A DNA stretch of 32,000 nucleotides from an uncultured bacterium (GTDB lineage: Bacteria; Margulisbacteria; WOR-1; CAVSGV01), in contig OY969425.1 in assembly GCA_963699255.1 (NCBI GenBank), positions 120,001 through 152,000 on the forward strand. Direction: 5' to 3'. Shown in pieces: positions 25,203-32,000 of the stretch; position 1 is the stretch's first letter; each line of letters starts with the position of its first letter. The notes beneath the pieces were generated by a model, which saw only the letters and a list, made by a program, of their open reading frames with translations, did not search any database and was not told where the DNA came from. The position numbers and the translations under genes are program-made.

Positions 25203-26644
25203 AGATATTAATAGCATCTCCGGAGGTAGTGCCTTTTGCGAAAACGGGTGGGCTTGCCGATGTTGCGGGAGCGCTTCCAAAAGCCTTGAGCGCTTTAGGC
25301 CATGATGTGAAGGTCGTGCTTCCGAAATACAAGATGGTGGATGATAGAAAATTCGAGCTTTTTAAGATCTACAGCGAGATAAAGGTCCCGGTATTGGATC
25401 GTTTCGAGCTTGCCGATGTGTATGAAGGGACGATCCCAGGGACGGATGTTGCCGTTTATTTTATTGCGAGTGATAAATATTTCGGCAGGGACGGGTTGTA
25501 TCAGAACAAAGGGGTGGATTACCCCGACAATTGCGAAAGATTCACTTTTTATTCAAGGGCCGTGCTCGAGTTCCTTAAAAAAACGGAATGGAAACCGGAT
25601 ATAATCCACAGCAACGACTGGCAGAGCGCTCTAATCTTAATGTATGTCAAGACCCTGTATAAGAACGATCCGTTCTATTCAAATGTTGCGACCGTTTATT
25701 CCATCCATAACATGGGATATCAGGGGACATTCCCTGCCCAGCAGCTGCCGATCACCGGGCTCGGCTGGGAATACTTTAATCCGGAATCTCTGGAGTTCTA
25801 CGGCAAGATCGCCCTGACGAAAGCCGGATTTGTTTATGCGGACGTGATAAACACTGTTTCGCCGCAATACAGCCGTGAGATCCAAACCTCCGAGTTCGGT
25901 TACGGGCTGGAGGGGCTTTTGCAGGCAAGATCAAGAGATGTTTACGGGATAGTGAACGGCATTGACTATGAACTCTGGAACCCGTTACTTGACCCTTATA
26001 TCGCTAAAAAATACAGTCCCCGCACGATAGCTCTGAAGACTGAAAATAAGGCGGCGCTTCAACAAAAGAACGGCCTTCCCCAGGTAGATGTTCCTCTAAT
26101 AGGCATAATATCAAGGCTCGCCGATCAAAAGGGCTTTGATATCCTGGCGGAGGACATAGAGAACATAATGCAGCTTAATCTGCAGATCGTTCTTCTCGGG
26201 ACGGGAGAACCGAAATATCACGAGCTTTTCCTCGCAATGAAAAGCAAATATCCCAAGCACATAGGCGTTAATCTTGGGTTTGACGCGGCGCTTGCGCAGC
26301 TTATCTATGCCGGATCGGACATGTTCCTTATGCCGTCCAGATATGAGCCCTGCGGGCTGGGTCAGCTTATAAGTTATAAATACGGCACCGTCCCTGTAGT
26401 CAGGAGAACGGGAGGGCTTGCCGATACCGTGATCGACGGCAAAACAGGTTTTGTTTTTGAAGAATACACATCTGCCGCCCTTCACGATGCCATAAAAAGA
26501 GCGATAGAGGCTTATAAAAACAAGAAGGAATGGAAGAAACTGGTGGTCAATGATATGGGGCTTGATTATTCCTGGAATGCATCCGCCAGGAAATACGTTG
26601 AGCTTTATGAAAAGGCATTGGATAAGGTCCTGGTCAAGGTTTAG
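25199..26644 (+). CDS. glgA: Glycogen (starch) synthase, GT5
   Basis: N-terminal KTGGL motif (FAKTGGLADVAGALPKAL). C-terminal SRYEPCGLGQL and GGLADTV motifs. 481 aa. RBS GAAGGGGG precedes the GTG start. Confidence 0.93.
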   Translation: MKILIASPEVVPFAKTGGLADVAGALPKALSALGHDVKVVLPKYKMVDDRKFELFKIYSEIKVPVLDRFELADVYEGTIPGTDVAVYFIASDKYFGRDGLYQNKGVDYPDNCERFTFYSRAVLEFLKKTEWKPDIIHSNDWQSALILMYVKTLYKNDPFYSNVATVYSIHNMGYQGTFPAQQLPITGLGWEYFNPESLEFYGKIALTKAGFVYADVINTVSPQYSREIQTSEFGYGLEGLLQARSRDVYGIVNGIDYELWNPLLDPYIAKKYSPRTIALKTENKAALQQKNGLPQVDVPLIGIISRLADQKGFDILAEDIENIMQLNLQIVLLGTGEPKYHELFLAMKSKYPKHIGVNLGFDAALAQLIYAGSDMFLMPSRYEPCGLGQLISYKYGTVPVVRRTGGLADTVIDGKTGFVFEEYTSAALHDAIKRAIEAYKNKKEWKKLVVNDMGLDYSWNASARKYVELYEKALDKVLVKV

Positions 26645-26664
26645 TTGCAGACCTCGCCCCCTTG

Positions 26665-26687
26665 CCCCTCTCCTAACAGGAGAGGGG
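26665..26687 (+). terminator. GC-rich stem-loop after glgA (possible terminator; no U-tract)
   Basis: CCCCTCTCC-taaca-GGAGAGGGG, a 9-bp perfect stem starting 21 nt after the glgA stop. It is not followed by a T-run, so it is not a canonical intrinsic terminator. Confidence 0.35.
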
Positions 26688-26689
26688 AG

Positions 26690-26718
26690 TTGCGAAACTA
26701 GAACTAGTAGATTATGAT
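26690..26718 (+). promoter_or_regulatory. Putative sigma70-type promoter for the RAM-domain gene
   Basis: TTGCGA (26690-26695), 17-nt spacer, TATGAT (26713-26718). It lies about 38 nt upstream of the AAGGAGG RBS and ATG 26756. Confidence 0.35.
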
Positions 26719-26755
26719 ACTATCAATCTTTGGGGTGAGGTAAGGAGGGTTGAAT

Positions 26756-26995
26756 ATGAAATCAACAACGGCGTATATATTGATCGAGGCGCTACCGGGA
26801 AAAGGGATTGATCTTGTCAATATCGTGAAAGAGATAAATGGAGTTAAAACGATCCATCTGGTCACGGGTCCTTATGACGTGATTGCGTTCGTGGAAGCTC
26901 CTGATCTGAAGTCTCTTGGCGAAATGATCGTTAAGAAGATCCAGGCGACGGGCTTTGTTGCGAGGACGCTGACCTGTATCACAGTCGAGCAGTAG
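26756..26995 (+). CDS. Stand-alone Lrp/AsnC-type ligand-binding (RAM) domain protein, no HTH
   Basis: 79 aa. AYILIE....G....V...I..I.GVK..HLVTGPYDVIAFVEAPD...L..MIV.KIQ...GV..T.T matches the AsnC_trans_reg fold pattern. RBS AAGGAGG lies 7 nt upstream of the ATG. Confidence 0.75.
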   Translation: MKSTTAYILIEALPGKGIDLVNIVKEINGVKTIHLVTGPYDVIAFVEAPDLKSLGEMIVKKIQATGFVARTLTCITVEQ

Positions 26996-28514
26996 CAGTT
27001 CTTTTCAGTTCTTTTTTGTGGGATAGCTTGTTTATTGCGTTAAGGTAGGCTTTGGCGGAAGACACAAGTATATCCGTGTCAGATCCGTGCCCCGAATAGA
27101 TGTTCTCTCCGTCGCTGATCCTTACCATGACCTCGCCAAGCGCGTCAGTTCCTCCTGTTATTGCCTGTATGACATAATCAACAAGCTTTATCTTGACCTT
27201 TGTCAGTTTTGTTATGGCTTTGTAAATGGCGTCCACAGGCCCCACACCGCTCTGGGTTTCTTTGATGGGATTCCCTTTATATATAAGCACGACGGCGGCC
27301 GTCGGCTTTTTCACGGTTCCCGCCCTGATATCAAGTGATTTAAAACTGTAAGCCTCAGGAATAACAAGTACCTCATCGCTCACCAGTGCTTCAATGTCCC
27401 TGTCGGAGATGTCTTTTTTCTTGTCCGCAAGCGTTTTGAACTGGGCGAACGCTTTTTCCATTTCTTCCTTTGAAAGATCAAAACCGATCTCTTTAAGCTT
27501 GTTGATGAAAGCGGCTCGTCCCGAGTGCTTTCCAAGCACCAGTTTTGATTCGGATATGCCGATAGAGGCTGCGTCCATTATCTCGTATGTCCTCTTGTCT
27601 TTCAGCATCCCGTGTTGGTGTATGCCGGACTCGTGCGCGAAGGCATTGGAACCGACGATCGCTTTGTTCGGCGGAACGATCATTCCCGTGAGGCTGCTGA
27701 CAAGTCTGGAAGTTTTATATATCTCTTTTAAGTTGATATTCGTCTTCGCGTCATAAAAATCCCTTCTTGTTTCTATCGCCATTACCACTTCTTCAAGAGA
27801 GGCATTTCCCGCGCGTTCACCTATGCCGTTCATGCAGCACTCTATCTGCGTTATGCCTTCCGGTATGCATGTAAGCGAGTTGGCTGTAGCAAGACCCAGG
27901 TCGTTGTGGCAGTGTACCGAGAGCTCGACGCTTTTTATGAGCGGGACGTTCTTCACTATATTCCTTATTATTCCGCTGTATTCTCCGGGCATTTTGTATC
28001 CGACCGTATCCGGAAGGTTGATTACATTAGCTCCGGCGTTTATGACAGCCTCTATGATCTTATATAGGAAGGGGAGCTCGCTTCGGCCCGCGTCCTCGCA
28101 GGAAAATTCAACATCCCTGCAAAGGCTTTTCGCGTATCTTACGCTTTCAACGGATATCTTTAAGACCTCATCAGGGGTCTTTTCAAGCTTCTTCTGCATA
28201 TGAATGGGGGAGGTCGCGATAAAGACGTGTATCCTAGGCTTATCCGAATATTTTACGGCATTCCAGGACGCATCGATATCCTCTTTGCGTGCACGGGACA
28301 GGCTACAAATGACGGGGCCTTTTACCTTCTGGGCTATTTCTTTTACCGATTCAAAATCTCCCGGCGAGGATATGGCGAATCCCGCTTCTATAACGTCCAC
28401 GCCAAGGCGGGATAGCTGCCTTGCTATCTCAAGCTTTTGTTCGCGGTTCAAGCTGGCGCCCGGTGCCTGTTCACCGTCGCGAAGGGTTGAATCGAATATT
28501 TTTATGGTCTTCAT
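26979..28514 (-). CDS. leuA: 2-isopropylmalate synthase (a citramalate-synthase paralogue cannot be excluded)
   Basis: IFDSTLRDGEQ and VHCHNDLGLATAN motifs of the HMGL-like TIM barrel. C-terminal LeuA-dimer/regulatory domain. ATG 28514 (MKTIKIFD...) is preferred over the upstream GTG 28565. Confidence 0.85.
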   Translation of the reverse strand: MKTIKIFDSTLRDGEQAPGASLNREQKLEIARQLSRLGVDVIEAGFAISSPGDFESVKEIAQKVKGPVICSLSRARKEDIDASWNAVKYSDKPRIHVFIATSPIHMQKKLEKTPDEVLKISVESVRYAKSLCRDVEFSCEDAGRSELPFLYKIIEAVINAGANVINLPDTVGYKMPGEYSGIIRNIVKNVPLIKSVELSVHCHNDLGLATANSLTCIPEGITQIECCMNGIGERAGNASLEEVVMAIETRRDFYDAKTNINLKEIYKTSRLVSSLTGMIVPPNKAIVGSNAFAHESGIHQHGMLKDKRTYEIMDAASIGISESKLVLGKHSGRAAFINKLKEIGFDLSKEEMEKAFAQFKTLADKKKDISDRDIEALVSDEVLVIPEAYSFKSLDIRAGTVKKPTAAVVLIYKGNPIKETQSGVGPVDAIYKAITKLTKVKIKLVDYVIQAITGGTDALGEVMVRISDGENIYSGHGSDTDILVSSAKAYLNAINKLSHKKELKRTATARL

Positions 28515-28700
28515 AGTGGGGTAGATTTTATCACCTGAGGGAGGAAATCTCAAGGACGAAATCACACGGTCATTTACACGCCTTAATTTTAGGACATGAG
28601 ACTTGTAATATCATGCAAGTATAATAAAATAGATAGATCAATAAATCACTTTAAATTATGTGACCGGGCAGGAACGACGTAAGACAAATATGGGTTTATC

Positions 28701-29912
28701 ATGAAAGTCATTGCTTTACTGTTTGAGGCGAGTGAGGCGGTAAATTTTTATCGCATATTGCAGCCTTTTGGCTATCTGAAGAATGTTCTGGGTAAAGACA
28801 TATCCATATATAACCTCGAGAAGAGTCATGATAAGGAAAAGCTGCGTGAAGAATTAAATTTAGCAGATATAGTCATTTTTCAAAAACCTTACACGGAGAA
28901 TCAATATAAATTAATCAAGGCGATCATGAACAGGAAAGACAAAGATCAAAAAATTGTGGCAGATTTTGACGATGATGTGTTCAATATTGGGCCTTGGAAT
29001 CCTTCTTATAGCTTAATTGGGACTAAAGAGGTCGGCGATCTATATTTAGAAAAGCAACAAGTTGACGACCTGATGACCATGATAAATGAGGATAACAAAC
29101 AACTGGTTCAGACAAATCCGGACGGATCAGCGATCGTTTACATATGGAAAGATAAGCACAAGTCTTTTTTGTGGGGGGGGCACGTTGAAACCTTTGATAT
29201 TGCGGCTAATCAAATAAGATTAAATAGGATAAAAAAAATCATGCTAGAAGTTGATCTGTTAACAGTGACCACCCCACAGTTAGCAAATGAATTAAGGAAA
29301 TGCCGGCCCCAGGGCAGGATAACTGTCATGCCAAACCTGGTGGACTTTGACAGATTCCTCCCAATGAAGAAAAAGAATGACGGGAAACTGAGAATTGTAT
29401 GGCAGGGGGGTGTATCCCACTACCTTGATCTTACAATGGTGAAACAGGAGCTGATCTCTTTTGCCAAGAAGCATTCGGAAGTTGAATATGTCTTTCAGGG
29501 TTCAAAGTTCCCGGCGATCTTTCATGAGATCCAAGATAGGGTTAAATGGATCCCCTGGCACTCGGATATTCACACCTATCCCTTATCATTAAGAGAACTT
29601 TCTGGAGATATAGCGATATGTCCTTTAACGGATGACACTTTCAATAATGGTAAGTCGCCTCTCAAGTGGGAAGAAATGAGCGCAATGAAAGTCCCATCGG
29701 TTTGTTCCCCTATGGTTTATGGGAATTTTATTGAACACGGGAAGACCGGATTCATAGCCCGTCAAGGCGAGTGGGGAACTTACCTGGAGAAATTACTCGA
29801 TCCCGATCTAAGGGAACAGATCGGCCAGAATGCTTATAATGCTGTTAAAGAAAAATTCTCATTAGAAAATGCAGCTGCGTATTGGTCAGCCCTTGATGGC
29901 CTGTTTTCCTGA
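28701..29912 (+). CDS. GT-B fold glycosyltransferase (GT1/GT4-like), orphan
   Basis: N-terminal YRILQP...ADIVIFQKP...IVADFDDDVF pattern. The central part reads DLLTVTTPQLANEL...ITVMPNLVD. The C-terminal part, K..E..A.KVP.VCSP.VYGNFIEHGKTGFIA, is typical of GT-B nucleotide-sugar binding domains. Confidence 0.6.
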   Translation: MKVIALLFEASEAVNFYRILQPFGYLKNVLGKDISIYNLEKSHDKEKLREELNLADIVIFQKPYTENQYKLIKAIMNRKDKDQKIVADFDDDVFNIGPWNPSYSLIGTKEVGDLYLEKQQVDDLMTMINEDNKQLVQTNPDGSAIVYIWKDKHKSFLWGGHVETFDIAANQIRLNRIKKIMLEVDLLTVTTPQLANELRKCRPQGRITVMPNLVDFDRFLPMKKKNDGKLRIVWQGGVSHYLDLTMVKQELISFAKKHSEVEYVFQGSKFPAIFHEIQDRVKWIPWHSDIHTYPLSLRELSGDIAICPLTDDTFNNGKSPLKWEEMSAMKVPSVCSPMVYGNFIEHGKTGFIARQGEWGTYLEKLLDPDLREQIGQNAYNAVKEKFSLENAAAYWSALDGLFS

Positions 29913-29933
29913 TTTGTGGTGCTTGCGACGTTC

Positions 29934-30902
29934 TTAAGTGTGTTTTTTGCTTTTTATTTTGCCATTTTCAATGTCTGTGATCAGGCTATTTTCAGGGTTT
30001 GTATATTCTTTTTCATAGTACTTGGCTTTGGGGAAAGTGACATCGTGTTTTTTTGAATTACATGAGGCATTATTTACTGTCTCATCGATGGCAGCTTCAG
30101 TATTTCGTGGGTTCTTTTTTATATGGAACATGATATCAGAGGATGAAACTTTGGGCCTGGCTTTAGATCCTTTGTCATTCTTGTAGTTATTTTCAAGAGT
30201 ATGAATTAGAGTTTTGGCGTTATTAAGCACGGTCTCAGTATGTTTATATTCTCTCTTAAAGTACCAGGCGTCAGAGATTGAGATGCCCAATTCTTTAGAA
30301 ATTTTTGGTACTTGAGCATTAGCATTTTCTAGGGCAGTATCCGAGTCTTTATATGCTTTCTCATAGTACATGGCAATATATTTAGGAACTTGATGCTTCT
30401 TCATATGAGAAGGAATGGCGTCTACGGCGATTTTTAGGCGTTTTTCGGCTTCATCATATTCTTTTAGATAGAACATGACATAGGAAGGTGGGACGATTCC
30501 TTTCCATTTTTTCACCAGCTTTTGAGCAAGATCGAGCCAGACATGAGGGAATGCTTTCGTGTGAATAAAAAAGAACATATCGGTGGGCGAAAACTTAAAT
30601 CTGTTCTTCATGTATGTATGGTAAGAAAAAGGCAGGAACCTTCGCATAAGCAGCGCCTGTTGTTTGTTAGAGAGGTCGCTATTTTGATATTCAAATATCA
30701 TGTCATGCATAGCTGTGGCCATGCCGAGCGTTGCCTTTGCAATATCAAGAGTCGTTACAGTTACAGGATCAGCAAAAGCATATACGCAATCGGAGTACAG
30801 GATCCCTCTTTTGGAAAGTTCCTCCAAGGCCGCCAAAGGTTCCAGGACTAAGCTGTGGGTTGCAATGCCTGCAAATTCGATCAATTTGCTTTCATTTACC
30901 AT
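29934..30902 (-). CDS. Hypothetical protein, 322 aa, with five copies of a degenerate ~35-44-aa helical-looking repeat in the C-terminal half
   Basis: This is the long ORF in the AT-rich islet. The repeats are VMFYLKEYDEAEKRL (141), AMYYEKAYKDSDTAL (175), AWYFKREYKHTETVL (211), IMFHIKKNPRNTEAA (255) and AKYYEKEYTNPENSL (292). I recognise no family. There is no obvious RBS, so it may be translationally coupled to the upstream small ORF 17 nt away. Confidence 0.6.
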   Translation of the reverse strand: MVNESKLIEFAGIATHSLVLEPLAALEELSKRGILYSDCVYAFADPVTVTTLDIAKATLGMATAMHDMIFEYQNSDLSNKQQALLMRRFLPFSYHTYMKNRFKFSPTDMFFFIHTKAFPHVWLDLAQKLVKKWKGIVPPSYVMFYLKEYDEAEKRLKIAVDAIPSHMKKHQVPKYIAMYYEKAYKDSDTALENANAQVPKISKELGISISDAWYFKREYKHTETVLNNAKTLIHTLENNYKNDKGSKARPKVSSSDIMFHIKKNPRNTEAAIDETVNNASCNSKKHDVTFPKAKYYEKEYTNPENSLITDIENGKIKSKKHT

Positions 30903-30918
30903 ATCATATTTGCGTTTT

Positions 30919-31149
30919 TCAAAGCGTGATGAAGGATGTTTCTTTATCCATATAAGATTCTTGGATCAGGGAATTTTTAATAGGCTCTTCAAGACAGGAA
31001 ATTTCTTGCGGCAAATTGCCGTTCTTAAAACCATATTTTGATTCTTTGCCGGCAGCTTTTTTTGCGGTATTAAGTATCGGCCTTACCCTGAGATAAAGCT
31101 TGCTCTCCCGAGCGTGCTGGAATTCCGCGTTCGTTATCATATACGTCAT
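30919..31149 (-). CDS. Hypothetical small protein, 76 aa
   Basis: AGGAG RBS lies 6 nt upstream of the ATG (minus-strand sequence caggagaacgaATG). It is co-oriented with, and 17 nt upstream of, the 322-aa ORF. No recognisable motif. Confidence 0.5.
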   Translation of the reverse strand: MTYMITNAEFQHARESKLYLRVRPILNTAKKAAGKESKYGFKNGNLPQEISCLEEPIKNSLIQESYMDKETSFITL

Positions 31150-31212
31150 TCGTTCTCCTGTGGTATTTATCGAAAGAAATCAGAGGGAATTTCGGATTTA
31201 GATGTGAATTTA

Positions 31213-32000
31213 TTAGATGCCACTTACCGATAGGCCGAAGATAAGTATGGACGGGGAGCCGATGCTGCCGCTGTGCGGGAAGAACATTATATCTGAACCT
31301 ATCTCATCTATATGATTGAGGATGTCAAATATGTTCCCGGCGAGGGTCATTCCTCTTACCGGCCTTGTTATATCGCCGTTCTCTATCAGGAAACCTGAGA
31401 ATCCGATCGAGAAATCCCCTGAGATCGGGTTTATCGTATGAGCGCCCATGATATTCGTCACCAGCAGCCCTTTGGACATGCCGCTTATTAGTTCGTCCTG
31501 CGTTTTGGATCCTGGCCTGACATATAAGTTGGTCGGCTGGATCTCCGGCTGTGACTTGAACGAACCCCTGAAAGAATTTCCCGTTGATGACATTTTGCTC
31601 TTCTTTGCCGTGTAAGAATTGTGAAGGAAAGACTTTAAAGTCCCGTCCTTTATTATGGCCGTTTCTCTTGTCGGGACGCCCTCATCGTCATATGGCACTG
31701 AGGATGTGCCGCCTTTCAGAATTCCGCAGTCAATCAGGTCCAGTTTAAATGACGCAACGCGTTTATCGATGGCATTGGTAAAGATCGATTTGCCCCTCTG
31801 CACAGATTCAGCCGAAAGGGCAGGGGCTATTGCTGAAATTAGTATCGTTCCGGCATACGGGGATAATAAGATCGGCGATCTCCCGCTTTTTTCCTGTTTG
31901 GCTCCGAGCATCAGCGCCGCTCGTTTTGCGGCTTCCTCTCCGATGTATTTTGCGTCAAGGCCTTTGAAGGCGGTCGAGAATTTAAGCCACGATCCGGTCT
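31213..32000 (-). CDS. TldD/PmbA-family metalloprotease, C-terminal part (5' end beyond window)
   Basis: The frame stays open to nt 32000 upstream of the listed Met (...GEEAAKRAALMLGAKQ). The C-terminal region has VPYDDEGVPT, TGNSFRGSF, NPISGDFSIGFSGFLIENG and a GSPSILI ending, typical of this family. Confidence 0.85.
   Translation of the reverse strand, partial: TGSWLKFSTAFKGLDAKYIGEEAAKRAALMLGAKQEKSGRSPILLSPYAGTILISAIAPALSAESVQRGKSIFTNAIDKRVASFKLDLIDCGILKGGTSSVPYDDEGVPTRETAIIKDGTLKSFLHNSYTAKKSKMSSTGNSFRGSFKSQPEIQPTNLYVRPGSKTQDELISGMSKGLLVTNIMGAHTINPISGDFSIGFSGFLIENGDITRPVRGMTLAGNIFDILNHIDEIGSDIMFFPHSGSIGSPSILIFGLSVSGI

Noticed and set aside
28515-28565. A 17-aa N-terminal extension of leuA from GTG 28565.
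   Set aside because: LeuA-family proteins normally begin a few residues before the IFDTTLRDGEQ motif, and ATG 28514 gives MKTIKIFDSTLRDGEQ. The extension sequence (ISSLRFPPSGDKIYPT) looks non-coding.
28603-28625. TTGTAA ... TATAAT hexamers in the leuA/glycosyltransferase divergent region as a promoter.
   Set aside because: The spacer is only 11 nt, incompatible with a sigma70-type promoter. In a very AT-rich stretch, TATAAT-like hexamers occur by chance.
30618-30641. An R-x6-H motif (RFLPFSYH, aa 88-95) in the 322-aa hypothetical protein, which could hint at a HEPN-type RNase domain.
   Set aside because: A single short motif match is expected by chance. The residue after Arg is not the usual polar N/H/D. 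No partner MNT-type motif occurs in the adjacent small ORF. Profile or structure evidence is needed before any such call.
1-32000. CRISPR arrays, tRNA/rRNA genes, transposases, integrases and prophage genes.
   Set aside because: No regularly spaced direct repeats were found, no cloverleaf-compatible or rRNA-like segments, and no ORF with recombinase, transposase or phage structural motifs. The only repeats are the three two-hairpin elements, which are irregularly placed and kilobases apart.

Overview
32-kb stretch of a bacterial chromosome. Hand-sampled 60-nt lines give about 42-57% GC. The lineage cannot be assigned from sequence alone, though the gene content resembles an uncultivated or MAG-type bacterium. 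I support 24 protein-coding loci, tightly packed, with all genes from nt 1 to 26995 on the + strand.

Gene order:
- (i) Envelope-polysaccharide genes: rfbA-like (5' partial), rfbB, a frameshifted GT4 glycosyltransferase, an O-antigen-ligase/Wzy-like membrane protein fused to TPR repeats, and a polyprenyl-phosphate sugar-phosphotransferase.
- (ii) Housekeeping genes: a TrmH/SpoU RNA methyltransferase, pheS, pheT, mutS.
- (iii) An orphan PilX-N-like membrane-anchored protein with a beta-solenoid-type SGN repeat region.
- (iv) A ~12-kb alpha-glucan (glycogen-like) cluster: three GH57 paralogues, a GalT-like HIT enzyme, a stand-alone CBM48 protein, a DUF4912 protein, an 828-aa nucleotidyltransferase/PGM-like fusion, and glgA.
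- (v) A stand-alone RAM (AsnC-type ligand-binding) protein convergent with leuA.
- (vi) A visibly AT-richer islet (about 28.6-31.2 kb): an orphan GT-B glycosyltransferase and a two-gene cassette of unknown function.
- (vii) The 3' part of a TldD/PmbA-family gene running off the window.

No rRNA, tRNA, CRISPR array, transposase or integrase was seen.

Observations most worth follow-up:
- The all-GH57 glucan cluster and its uncharacterised accessory genes (GalT-like, CBM48, DUF4912).
- The PGM-like half of the fusion protein, where three of the four hallmark phosphohexomutase motifs are clearly degenerate.
- A two-hairpin intergenic repeat family present three times (two direct copies, one inverted) with compensatory base-pair changes.
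- The low-GC cassette encoding a 76-aa protein and a 322-aa protein with five copies of a ~35-44-aa motif.

All homology calls come from motif recognition by eye. No database search was run.
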